64,000 nt of DNA. Origin: Bilabrum cf. latius. Taxonomy: Eukaryota. The DNA lies in assembly GCA_965178125.1 (NCBI GenBank), contig OZ237746.1, positions 558,001-622,000 on the forward strand, in the 5' to 3' direction. The position numbers and the translations under genes were made by a program. The notes under the pieces were generated by a model, which saw only the letters and a program-made list of their open reading frames with translations, was not told the DNA's origin and did not search any database. Position 1 is the stretch's first letter, and each line of letters begins with the position of its first letter. Below are positions 37,257 through 49,339 of the stretch, in pieces.

Positions 37257-38513
37257 TCAGCGCCACGACGGCACGATGGGATCGGGGTACTGGTACGTCT
37301 TCTCTCCCAGCTGGGCGGGCCCCTCAGCCGGCTGCTTCAGCATCACGTCCAAGTTCGTTGTCTCCGCAGCTGTGAGCGGCTTCGGGGGAGTCCCGTTGTC
37401 GCACTGCAGCATGCTCTTGTACTCGTCTCCAAACAGAGGGCTCACTCCGCTCCTCGTGTTGCACTGCACTGACCTGCCCAGGCTCACGATGTGGTGGTAC
37501 CAGAATGACGGCACGTACAGGATGTCCCCCGCCCTTACGATCACTTCCACGCTCTCTGCCCTCTGCAGCTGCCCTGCGACCTCCTTGCTCTCTTCCGGTT
37601 TAGAGAGATCCAGGGCGGTGTGCCTGCGGGAGGGCCCCTCGTGCATGATGCCCAGGTAGGGGCAGGCAGAGGGGGGATTCAAGATGTACCTCTTGGCGCC
37701 CCTGAGCATGGCGATGAAATTGAGGTGCCCGTCCTCGTGGCACTCGGCGATGATGCCGCGCATGCCGAACCTGCAGTGCATGCCCCGCATGTCGCTGTTG
37801 TCCACCACGAAGAGAGACCCCTGGTTCTTGCTCCTCCAGATGTCAATGTCCTTGCCTATGACTGTGGGCCCGCCGTCGTACGAGTCCCCTGTGGTGAGGT
37901 AGAGGTGCTCGTAGTCCTCTCTCTCGGCCAGAGAGTGCGTCTCCTCCAGGGCGCGCGTCTGGTTCCAAAACTCGGCGAGGGTCATGCGCACGGGGACGGG
38001 GGGAGGGTGCGGGGCTGTATATCCCTTGGCACGGAAAGCTCCCTGGGCTTCCTTCTCGGAGGCGTACCCGCCCTTTGGACGCTTGCCGCGGTTCACCTCG
38101 CGTCGCATGAACTTGGCCTGGTAGTACATGAAGTGATTGTTGTGCGAGCGGTGGACCTCAAACTTCTTGTCTGGACCGCCAAGACCATTAATAAGGTATT
38201 CATCGTCTTTCCACTTGCTGACGACCTGATTTATGTTGGGTACGTTGTGCACTATGAACGGGATCTCGAGACGCCGCAGGTACTCCGCCCGCTCCTTATC
38301 TGCCGGCTTCTGATAGTCTAAATGCTCCAGCGAATCGAAAACGCCCTGCTTTGGGATCGTTACATCATCCGTCGGCCAATTGCGTAGGATTGAGAGCATT
38401 GGAAACATCTTCGGCATATTCTTGCGGCGTTCATCGGTGTACTCCTGACGTCTGTACAGCCCAGCAGTCGCAATCACAGCCACACTTGCTAGTAAAACGC
38501 ATAATGATCTCAT
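37257..38513 (-). CDS. JmjC/cupin-like (Cupin_8) 2-oxoglutarate oxygenase with signal peptide
   Basis: ECHEDGHLNF (HxD), GAKRYIL, AGDILYVPSFWYHHI. Hydrophobic N-terminus from ATG 38513. Confidence 0.8.
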   Translation of the reverse strand: MRSLCVLLASVAVIATAGLYRRQEYTDERRKNMPKMFPMLSILRNWPTDDVTIPKQGVFDSLEHLDYQKPADKERAEYLRRLEIPFIVHNVPNINQVVSKWKDDEYLINGLGGPDKKFEVHRSHNNHFMYYQAKFMRREVNRGKRPKGGYASEKEAQGAFRAKGYTAPHPPPVPVRMTLAEFWNQTRALEETHSLAEREDYEHLYLTTGDSYDGGPTVIGKDIDIWRSKNQGSLFVVDNSDMRGMHCRFGMRGIIAECHEDGHLNFIAMLRGAKRYILNPPSACPYLGIMHEGPSRRHTALDLSKPEESKEVAGQLQRAESVEVIVRAGDILYVPSFWYHHIVSLGRSVQCNTRSGVSPLFGDEYKSMLQCDNGTPPKPLTAAETTNLDVMLKQPAEGPAQLGEKTYQYPDPIVPSWR

Positions 38514-38725
38514 GGGTCCGAACGATGTTAGGCCTGGGAGGGCACGAATGGACTCTTGATGGTCCCGCGATCCGTCATCAGTAGGTTCCGCAAGGTAGAC
38601 AGAAGAATGCGCGGCGCCAAGATGCACTGCACTCTAGGATCAAAATCACGTGGCAAACTGCACCCGGTTCATTCGTTTGAAGGCTTGGTCAGGTTGTCTA
38701 GGTAATTTTGACCAGATATTGAACT

Positions 38726-40225
38726 ATGGCATCAGTTGCCGGATCGGTTGCAGCGAGCTCCGCGTCTGGAGAGCGAGATGAATCGGGATGGAGGATTGAA
38801 GAGTCTGTGACGGCCAAGCGCACCAACAACCCCATTCGGAAAATCGTGGACGGTATTAAGATGCCTAAGGATGATGGATCCAAACCGATCATTCCCCTGT
38901 CCTTGGGTGAGGCAGCCTGTTTGGCCGAATGTAGACATGTCCCGAAGGGAACTCTGAGAAGATGCACGAGGCTACTCTCGACCGTCGTGCTTTAAGTTGG
39001 CACTTGGACGAGCAAGTCGTTCTGTTTGATGTATATGCACGATTGTGATCGCATCTTATGCCTGCTACGACTCAACATTTCGCTAATATGCCTTCTGGCC
39101 GCAGGTGATCCGACTGTATTCGGCAACTTCAAAACCCCTGAGTTCTTCGTCAAGACGATCGAGGAGAACCTCAAGTCTTACAAGCACAACGGATACGTCC
39201 ACTCGGCTGGCACACCTGCTGCCCGAAAAGCAGTGGCCGAGCGATTCTCTAGCCCAGGTGCAGAGATCACTGCTGAGGACGTCGTCATCGCTTGCGGCTG
39301 CTCGGGCGCTCTGGACCTGGCCATAACCGCCCTTTGCAACGCCGGGGAGACACTGCTTGTGCCCAGACCGGGCTTCGCGCTATATCAAACGCTTGCAGAG
39401 AGCAAGGGCATCTGCGTCGAGTACTACGACCTTGACTCGACAAAGAGCTGGGAGGTGGACCTGGCGAGCCTGGAGGCGGCCATCAAGAAGAGCAAGGGGC
39501 CAGCAGCCATCCTCGTCAACAACCCGAGCAACCCCTGCGGCTCGGTGTACTCGAAGGAGCACCTGAAGGCCATCATCGCCGTGGCGGAGGCAGCCCGGCT
39601 GCCCATCATCGCTGACGAGATCTACCGGAACATGGTGTTCAGCACGGCCAAGTTCGTGCCCATCGCCGGCCTTTCAAGCGAGGTGCCAGTCCTTTCCGTT
39701 GGCGGTATTGCAAAGGAGTTTCTCGTACCAGGATGGAGAGTTGGCTGGGTGCTTGTCCACGACAAGAAGGGGCGCTTTGAAAAGGTGCGAGCTGGGCTTT
39801 ACCGGCTCAGCTAGCTCATCATTGGATCGTGTTCTCTCATTCAGTCAGCTCTTCCAGAGTTGCTGTCCCCTACCACAGAAGAGCATAAAGTGGCACTCGC
39901 AGACTTCACTGCGAGCACCATCAAGTAGCTAGAAGACAACGCTTCCTTTACAACTGAAAGGCTTACTGGCCTGGAGGGCGTTGAGGTTATTGTTCCACAA
40001 GGCGCCATGTACGTGATGATTGGAATTGACTCTTCGAAATTCAAGGACATCGCCGACGACATGGAGTTCACTCAGAAGCTGCTCGATGAAGAGCACGTGT
40101 TTATGTTGCCCGGGTCCTGCTTCGGCATGAAGGGGTTTGCACGTATCGTTTTCTCAGCGCCGAAAGACAAACTAAGCGATGCATACGACAGAATCGAGCG
40201 ATTCTGCAAAGCTCATGCAAAGTAA
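38726..40225 (+). CDS. TAT: Tyrosine aminotransferase (class I PLP)
   Basis: IPLSLGDPT, NNPSNPCGSVY, ADEIY, GGIAKEFLVPGWRVGW, RLS-[TAG]-LIIG, PQGAMY. TAGs at 39812 and 39926. Intron 38907-39104. Ends TAA. Confidence 0.93.
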
Positions 40226-41809
40226 AATGCTTATTTTATGTGCAAATTGAACCAATAGAGTCATTGCTTAAGAAACCTTGTAGTGTTAAATTAAATTACC
40301 ACGTGTTTGATTTTAAATCAGGATCATAGTCCACGATATTTGGCAGAGTAAACATTAATCAAGAAGCATATACTTGTATAATGGCTTGATTTGATACTAG
40401 TGTTACAATATGAAAACTCTTGCACAGCAACAACAACAATTCGAACTAAGTATTTCGTGACACATTCAATGTTGAGCACGTTTGACAAGCTTGTAATCAA
40501 GGCACTTTATTTGTTTTATTAACTGAGCCTTGTCTGGGTTTAAATAAAGGCATACTCTCAACCAACACAGCCTTATACACCGATATTGCATGCAACTATT
40601 ATAAATTACTGTAAAATTGGTATCCTATTGTGGCCATTTAATGACCGTTGGCCATAACTAAGATGCTGGTTGTCTTTCCTCTGCAAAATCATCTAATAAG
40701 ATACAGTTGCCCTTCTTTTATATATACTTTTGTGTAATTAAACTAAGGCCATATTTCAATGATTTTTGCAATAGCTGGCTGAAAATCTCATCAATTAAAT
40801 GTGATATTCTGTCGCACATGAACACAAATTTTCCTCAGATAGTCTATGGGGTTCAAGGCAAATTTGAATGTAATAGTTTGATGGACTCAGGTGGTACAGA
40901 AAGAAATAATATGGAGTTGTATTATTTATTGATAATAATCGTATTATTCATCACTCTAGAAGCGTGCTCGCGTCAGGATCAAGCGTGTCATACGCAAATT
41001 TTCTAGCATCAGATGGATCCTACTTCAGCGCTACAACCTCAGCCAATGATGGCCGAAAGTCGACTGCCTCCGCAATTTCATCAGGATATGGTCCAGCTGG
41101 TACCACTTTAAATAATACGAAGCCGAAAACAGGGAATCATGCCGGTAGCACTTAACAGAGTGTAGTCCAGGGAGGAAAAGCCACAGCTACTCACCGTGGT
41201 AAAGCACCTCCTCACGAGATCGAGTCCGAGGATCTGGGAGCCTTAGCTGCACCACAACGGGGTATAGGTCTTGCTAGGTCATCCTGAGTGAACTCGGTAG
41301 CCTCGATGAGTCCCACAGAGATTGAGCTATGAGTAGATGTAAGCAGATCATCACCAACACCATTCAATATAGCAGTCAATCGGCGGGAATGCACGGTTTT
41401 AAATATAGAAGTGGAAAAATCACGGATTTGGCACTTGTTACCGATCCTCCTTTGTGAACTCTAGCATATTATGCTTTTGTTCACAATGAGCTTCACTGAG
41501 CTCTGACCCTATCTTTGATATTCTTGCGTCGATCACTCGAATGGCAACTGCTGCATCCTATGCCTAGCGGGCCTCAGCGGTTGAACCATTAGCAAATGCT
41601 TTAGACATAGCATATTCTGCATTCATTTGTATAGCCAGCCATTTTTTCTGCTAGGAACATCCCTTGGAAGTATACATCAAGTCAAGTAAATACACGAAGA
41701 TTAAGTGATCTGTACTTTGAATCCAAGATTCCTTGATAATATGACTGGAGAGACTATTTATTACAAGAGATATGACAAGAACAGTTGGAAACTTTGGGCT
41801 GCAGGTCAT

Positions 41810-44715
41810 TCAGAAGTAGAATTCCTCGTGGTGAAACCCGAACCCCATGTCAAAGGCCAAGTCTGAGGCAGACTGGACCATCACCTCGGGACCACAGACC
41901 ATAAGCATGGCTTTGGATGATCCCACACTTTTTGCAATTTCCGCTGCTTGCGAACAGGTTGCTGGAAGCTTTGGCCTTCCACTCGTGATGTTGCTCTGCA
42001 CGAACCGAATTGCCGACCGTGATATGCCAGTGAATGGTGCACCCATCGCATCTTGCTGCGCAAGCATCGGCTCGACGGGACTCTGGCTCATCCCCGTGTC
42101 GAGGGTAACCTTTGAGGTGCAGTGCAAAGACACCTGGAAAGCGTTCTGCGGGTTGTGCGACGAAATCTTGTAGAACAGCTCCGCGAACATGTTGAACAGC
42201 TTGGTGTCCCTGGCAGCCCAGACAAGATGCACGTGCTTGGCTCGCACCCCGGGGCAGATCCCCTCCGAGGCGCGAACGCCAGCTGCTTCGGCCGCGCAAG
42301 CCCTTGCGTACAGGTCCGCGAAGATCGAAATCATCGGCGTAATTCCGATCCCACCTGCCAGGAGGACAATGGAGTCGCTGTCCGTGTATTCGGCCGGCCG
42401 CCCGTAGGCGGCATCGATTCGAACAATCGGGTCATGCTACCCCGTGCCGGTGCCCTCGTAGAACTTGGCGATCTGTCCCAGCTCTGCCGTCCACGTCTTC
42501 GGCCCCATGGACTTGATGTGGAATGTGCGAGTCTTGCTCCCAGGCGCGCTGCTGATGGTGAACGGGTGCCACTGGTGCTCGGACACCTCGGGAATGTTGA
42601 GCCACACGTACTGCCCCGCCGTGTGCTGGAACGCCTCCCCCTCCAGCTCGAGTCTAGTCACGCCGTTGTAGTGCTCCAGACTCACGACCTTGGCAGGCAT
42701 GGCTCCCCGCGCGATCCTGATGCACTTGTCAAAGTACCACAGCACGAGCCCGGCCGCTGTGTAGTACCAGAACCCCCACGCGTGCACGATGCCGGCGACG
42801 TAGAAGATGATGCCCGCGATGTGCGAGTACAGGAAGAGCTCATAGTTGGATCGGCGGGAGCACACCGCGATGAGTACCGTCGCGCTCAGCAGCAGCCACG
42901 CGGTTTCCGCGATGGGAATGGTCCAGTTGTCCCAATGGAACTTGTCCGGCCAGATGATCAGGTTGTCCACCCGCAGCACCACGTTGTTCCACAGGTTCCC
43001 TTCCTTGAGCCACTTGGCCTGCCACAGCACCATGTGGGCAGTGGCCAGCATCCACGCGAGTCCACCCAGCAGCCGATGGTACTTGATGGCCCGCTCGAAC
43101 GGGATGGCAAACACGCTCTCCCACACCGAGTTGCGGGCCACGGGCAGGCTCAGGAAGGCCATGGTGAAGGTCAGCAGGTGCCCCAGCAGACGAGCGGCCA
43201 CGTGCATGGAGAAGTTCGGGTCCCCTTTGGCTTCCTCCCTGATGCGCTGGTACGGCAGATTCGCCAGCGTGAACCCGAATCCCCAGTAAGCGATCCAGTA
43301 CGCGAACAGCAGCAGCCAGCCCAGCACCACGGTCAGCTCGCCGACGGAGATGCCAGTGTTCCAGGGATTGAACCAGCCCGTCCACGCTGGCCCGCAGTAC
43401 AGCCTCGTGTGCACGATGCGCCTTCCCTCGGTGAAGCTGTGTGCGACTGCCCCCAGCACGATGGCACCCAGCACCACGGCGAAGAACACCACGACGTCCT
43501 CGTACACCTTCGGCCGGAAGTACGTCCCGTTGGGCAGAGGCTTGCCCCACCTTGCCTGCACCAGCGAATAGGGGCTGGAGGCTGGCATGTACGAGTGGGC
43601 GCTGTAGTTCCACACGTTGGTGAAGCTGCACGAGGCCATGAACACGAGGACCACCACTAGCACTGCACCGGCGATGCCCAGCCAGTTGTCGAACGCGTTC
43701 GTGGGCTGCACAGGAGAATGCAGCGAAGCAAGGGCCCGTTTGTATGCGCCCGCGTCCCCTCCCCTGCTGCCGTTGGCTTCCGGCGCTGCCGCCCCCGCTC
43801 CACCGAGGGGCCCTATGGCCATGATCCCGCCCCCAATTCCGAGTCCCGAGCCGTCGGCGCCGCCGTCCATCATTGGTGGCATCAGCGGGGCGTTGGCATC
43901 GTACGAAGACAGCCCGTCCTGGTCCTTGCCCTTCCGCCCCTTGCGGTGGGAGCGCACCCTGGGCCCAGGCTGGTTCTGAAGCAGCAGCTTGATACCGATG
44001 GCGACCGCGGACACGGTGAGGGGGGCGAGGATGCACACAAAGAAGCCTCCAATGAGCTGTTTGAACGCATCCGCCGGGTCCTCGTCGTTGAAGGTGTGCG
44101 TGGGCTTGATCAAATACAGCCAAGAGCATACCTGACCGAGAATGCACAGCGCAGCCGCCAAAAACTCGAGTAGCACCACCATTTGCGTGCCCCAGTGGAC
44201 ATGCATAGTGGCTACAGATTGAAGAGTTAGAATGGCCCCGGACTGCGCGAAACTAACGCTGAAACATGAGTAGCAGACGGGTTTGTACTGGAGCGGGAGC
44301 GCTGACGTGCCACACTTTGCAAGCACAAGGGTGGCATTAAAGGCACAGCTTGCCTTCGGATACGAAAAAATGTCCACTTTATAGGCAGGATTTCTCCTTA
44401 TATTGCAGTGGAATTATACTGGCTCACCATTCCAAGAGGAACACCGATCAACAGCATGAGGATGCCTGCCTCATTCCCCCAATGAGCCACAGTATAGCCT
44501 GGATGCGAACTTGGCTCGACAAAAAAATTGCCAATCAGAAGAAGCCCTCCGATGACGGAGCCGCCCAGGACAAACACAGTCACTACGGCATGCAAAGCGA
44601 GCGAGAGACCTGTTCGATCCTAGCCCGGTAGCTTGAATTGAGTACCGTGATGACCAGGCCCGCGGTTCGCTCCTGCAGTGGCATCATAGTTAAGAGGCTG
44701 CTTCATGTCTTCCAT
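41810..44715 (-). CDS. Ferric reductase / NADPH-oxidase-like transmembrane flavocytochrome with extra N-terminal TM region
   Basis: IKYHRLLG, FLYSH, GQYV, QWHPFTISS, IDAAYG, LAGGIGITP, MVCGP, HHEEFYF. TAG 42437 lies before the NADPH-binding motif; another TAG at 44620. Intron about 44243-44427. Confidence 0.88.
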
Positions 44716-44902
44716 ATTGTGCCCCTTCGACAGCAGCCCAACAGGCGACGCAATAGGCCTGGGATTTGGGACGTGTCGCCGCAGAATTTGATGGCAAAGG
44801 AACCTTCATGAAGATTACTGTGGCACTGCTCGGTTGCAGTTGACCGCTCATCAGCTTGACCAGAACTATTCAGCGCAACAGTCTCGGAGAGTGGGGTACA
44901 TC

Positions 44903-47900
44903 ATGCAAGCCAAAGCCGCATGGGTTCAGTTCTATCCTCCAGAGAAGGATTTTCCGGGCCATAGAGAATGCCACAGGATGCTCAGCATTTGTGACAAGGT
45001 TTGGCTCTTCGGTGGCAACGATAAGACGATGTAGACCAACGACGTCCACGTTTTCGATGCTGGTAAGTGATTGCATTGCTTCACTTTAGGGTGCAGGCGT
45101 CGTGATTGCCTTTTGGTTTGCGAACCCGTTCGCACCGCGTGCCAAATCAAACCCTTGCTCGCCAATCACCCGTGCGGTACCGTCGCGGTGTTTGTCTGGT
45201 GATAAGCTCATATTACGACGCAGAGTCCTTATCATGGACAAAAGTGGAAGTATCGGGGCCAAAACCGAAGCCTAGATCCGCCAACGCCGCCACCGCATGG
45301 GGTTCCAAAATACTCGTCTCCGGCGGATGGGACGGACAGGTCGAACTGAACGACCTTCACGTATTTGACACCAGTGAGCTATATAAAGGTCGTCATAAAG
45401 CTACATATTCTGTTGATTAGCGCCTTTTGCTTCTCGCTGCGTGGCATGGCTAGGTCGTGCGTCAACCACCCCGCCGTGACACACCACAGACACCCCCTGC
45501 CACGAGCAATCCTCCCCCCCGCAGAGACAGGCAAGTGGAGCGAAATTATAACCTGGGGCGACCCTCCGTGCATCCCCTGCCCCCGGCACTTCCACTCCAT
45601 CGCCGCCCTCGGAGACCTCCTCCTCGTGTTCGGGGGATACACGGGCCGGAACTGGCTCAATGACCTCCACTGCCTGCACTTGCCAACACGTAAATGGATC
45701 CCGGTGCAATTCATGAGGCCCGCCCAAGCCAACCAGACGCTGGCACAGCCGCGAGGTGCCCAGCCGCAGCCACAGCAAGGCCCGGGTGGTGAAGCAGGTG
45801 CAGGCTCTGCCCAGTCCGCCCCACCACCCAGCGAGACTGGCGCTGCCATCGGCGCTTAGACTCATGGACAGGCAGGCGGCCAAGAACGGACGGCTGCACT
45901 CTCTAACGGTCAAGCTCAATAGCAGCAGCAGCAGCAGTAGCAGCAGCCGCAGGCCACGATGCAGGACCAGGACGACAGCGAGGACAGCTCTGACGCGAGC
46001 GAGGACTCGAGCGACGGCGAGGACGACGACGGGGACATGGCGATCGAGCGGCAGGCGAGGGCCTTGGCCTCCTTGAAGCGGTGGAAGCAGCGCTGGAGGC
46101 CCAGTCGCAGGGCCTCGGCCACTCTGGAGGCGGTGGAGGAGCAGGGCATGGTCTTCCTGCTGGGGGGGTATGACGGGCACTACTTTCTGTCGGACCTGTG
46201 GGCCATCGAGCCAGAGATGGTGATGCCGCCGAGCGGGTCTGGACCTGGGTCCAGGTCTTCTGACCCTGCCTCCATCTCTGCGTCTTCCTCGTCTTCCTCC
46301 TCGTCGGCTGCTGGTGCTGCTGCTTCTGCTGCTAGTGTCGATGCTGGCAGCAGCATGAGCACGGGGAAGACTAGAGCCCCCATCGCGATTCGCGCCCACC
46401 TCAACCGCATTGGGGGCGGGAGGCTGGGACCCAAGCGCAACCCGCTCGACAGAACCGACCACCGGGACCTCCTGCACGGCGACTGGCCACCTCCACGCTC
46501 CGGGCACGCGTGCACAGTGTCTGACGGCCTCATGTACGTGGTGGGCGGCCGCCACAGCGGGGGCCGGCGCAACGATCTGTTCGTGTACGACCCCAAGACC
46601 GAGAAGTGGACCCACGTGCCCCCCGTATCTGACAAGAGCGTGCCCAAGGAGAGGAAGACCCACAGCATCGCAGTGTCCCAGGGCTGGCTCTTTCTGTTCG
46701 GGGGCCACGACGGCAAGTTCTGGAGGCAGGACCACTGGATGGTCAACCTGGGGGGCATCCAGAGGGCCGTGGCGGGGGCACAGGCCATCAAGGTGCCCCG
46801 CTCCACGATCTCAACGGACATGGCCAGGCTGCTGCCCTTTGAGGCCAACGACTCGGCGGCCATGGAGCGGCTGAGGGACGCAGAGGACGAGCTGCACGAG
46901 CTGGTGCGGATCGTGGAGGAGCGGCAGGGGAGCTCTCTGGGGCCTATCCAGGGGCATGGGACGGAAAGAGAAAGGGGAGGGCACAGGACGAAAGTGCCCG
47001 GAACCGGCCTGTCAGTCGGCATGGAGCAGGAGGACCAGGGGGCTACCATGGGCCTGGGGACAGGAATGGGGCGTCCGCCCCCCGGTGCACAGACCCCCAC
47101 AGGGGGGAGCCGACCCCTCCCCTCGTCCGCGGCCTCCTCGTCCTCGACCGTGTCTGACACCGGCTCGGCCCATGGGAGCGCGTCTGCCTCCTCTGCCGTT
47201 GCGCCCTTCCACATCGCGAGGAGCCCGCTCTCAAGGCGGGGCAGGCGGGGGTCGGCTTCCTCGACCTAGGGCTAGGGCTAGGGCTAGGGCTAGGGCTCGT
47301 CTTCTTCTGCGGGTCTCTCCCTGCCCGGGGCACAGGCGCACCTCCAGGCTGTCCCGTCGTCGTCCTCTTCGACCTCGACTTCGACACGAGCATCGTCGCC
47401 CTCGCAGGCCACGGGCACTGCAGGCCAAGGTGGACTGCCCGCCGGGGCAGCCGCTCCAGGAGGGCAGGCCCCGCCTGGCAGCAGCGAGGGTGAGAGCGTC
47501 GCTCGTCACACAGCCAACGCCCCACTAGCAGCGTCTCGCGCGGTGGCTGCGTTGGCCAGCGGCGAATCCGTGCTGCATGGGCTCATTGGTCCACAGCAGC
47601 CGGCCATGTCGGGCAGCGGGGGCGAGCCAGAGATCCAGTGCCCCAACCTCTGCATCCGGCCAGACGCGGTATGCCTCGAGTCGGGCGAGGATCTGGTTGT
47701 GGCAGCTGTCAGGCTGGGCATATCAACGGCACCTGCGGCCACTGGAGTGGTGCGCCGTTGGCTGGAGGCAGTCGTGGGGATGCGCTCCTGCTGCAAGGGC
47801 TAGGCTTCCGGCCACAGGGAACACGGAGCAGGCACAGACGACTCTGTGCCTGCCGCTCCCGACGTCCTGGTTCGCGTGGCGGGATGCGACGTGGCTCTCC

Positions 47901-49144
47901 ACTGGATGGTCCTCGCTCTCAGGTGCGAGTTCTTCAGGACTGCCCACGCGTGGCAAGCTCGGGGAGGGCGGGCACCGTCGCCCATGCAGGCCATGGAGAG
48001 GGGCGGCTCGCCTCCGACCAGCTCCTCTGGCGGTGCCAGCTCTAGCGGCGGCGTGGTCACCTCAGGGCAGGACCCCTCGCGGCTCCCCGTGGTGGAGCTC
48101 CCAGGCACCCGATTGTCCGCCTTCCTCATCGTGGCGAGGTACCTCTACTGCGACTCGCTGCCCACGGACGATGCCCTGCTCGAGCACTCGGGGGAGCTGC
48201 TGGAGCTCGCAGGGAGGCTTGGCCTGCACCGCCTGCAGCGCCACGTGGAGGGGTTTCTCTCGCACCGCATGCACTGTGACAACGCCGCCGACCTGCTGAG
48301 CCTGGCAGACGACGTCGGTGCCGACGAGCTCAAGGAGCGGGCCATCCGCTGCATCCTGGGCGCGTTCGACCACGTCGTTATGCTGCCGAGCTTCGTCTGC
48401 CTGCGTGCTGACCTCCTTAAGGAAGTTCTATTCCGCAAGCAAGGGGGCATGCGGCCCGTGGTGCGGCCGGCCTCGTCCTCGGGAAGCGCGGCCCTTGCTG
48501 CCAGCGAAGGCAGCAAGGGTGCCGGAACCGCTACTGGACTAGCCGGTATCCACGGCTCGACTGCAGCCTCGATGAGCTCCTCTCTGGTGCCCGGGCTGCG
48601 GTGGGAGGACGTGGTGGCTGCGGACCGCGCGATCGGGGCACTGCACATGGATGGCTCCCTGGCTGGGTCCCGCGGTCCTTCGTCGGTAGCGTCTGGAGGG
48701 GCGCTGTCGGGCCGCAAGCGCGGCAGGGACGAGGCCGAAATGAGCACCGACCCAGTGCAGGAGCTGCCTGCCGAGCTCGGCAGCGGCGGCGGTCAGTCGG
48801 CGCACCAGCGGCTGCTGTAGAGAGCGCAGGTGGCCGCGACCAGGGCTGCGATCGGTGCTGGGCTACGGGAGGAGGCAGTCGGGTAGATCGTGGCGAGACT
48901 CATCGCAGAGCTGGCGCCGCAGCTTGTGGGTGATGGAGGCGACCAGCACGAGCAGGTCCCTGGCCACGGAGCCAGGAAGAGGAGGAGGGGTCCGGATGGG
49001 AACAGGGTCCGCGCAGCTGGCGTTTCTGCGGGTTCACAGGCGTCGGCAGAGGGAGACCACCCCAACGAGGAAGGCAGCAACGGTTCTGGAGAGCGGGGCG
49101 AGGGGAATGGTGGTGGAAGTGCTCGCCCAGGCTCGAGTGTGTGA
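44903..49144 (+). CDS. Kelch-repeat + BTB/BACK protein (LZTR1-like architecture) with low-complexity inserts
   Basis: Kelch repeats (LFGGN, VSGGWDG, VFGGY, PRSGH, LFGGHDG) and BTB (DVLVRV..ALHWMVLALRCEFF, RYLYCD). Introns 45063-45223 and 45374-45524. About 12 in-frame TAGs. Ends TGA. Confidence 0.85.
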
Positions 49145-49339
49145 TCCGTGATCACACTGCGGTGGTTGCCTGTTGAAGACCTCGCGAGTTGAACCCTCAC
49201 TCTTGGATTCTCATGTTATAACATCCACGGATACGGTGTGTGAAGCCGGCAATGACAGTCATCGAAACCTTCAATGCACCTGTGAGCGTTGGTAGACACT
49301 GCCACTCAATGACTCGGTAAGAGTTAGCCCTGACGCGTT

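Noticed and set aside
40223-40225. Ciliate-type code with both TAA and TAG = Gln
   Set aside because: No internal TAA in host genes, and TAT ends at TAA at the expected position. Only two host TAA stops are available, so this is disfavoured rather than excluded.
40226-41809. Possible gene or element in the 1.6-kb AT-rich gap
   Set aside because: Only short broken frames (about 40950-41400, minus strand), with no motifs or terminal repeats that I could support.
47267-47296. Interstitial telomere-like repeat (TAGGGC)n
   Set aside because: Only five units, and in frame within a CDS as (QG)5.
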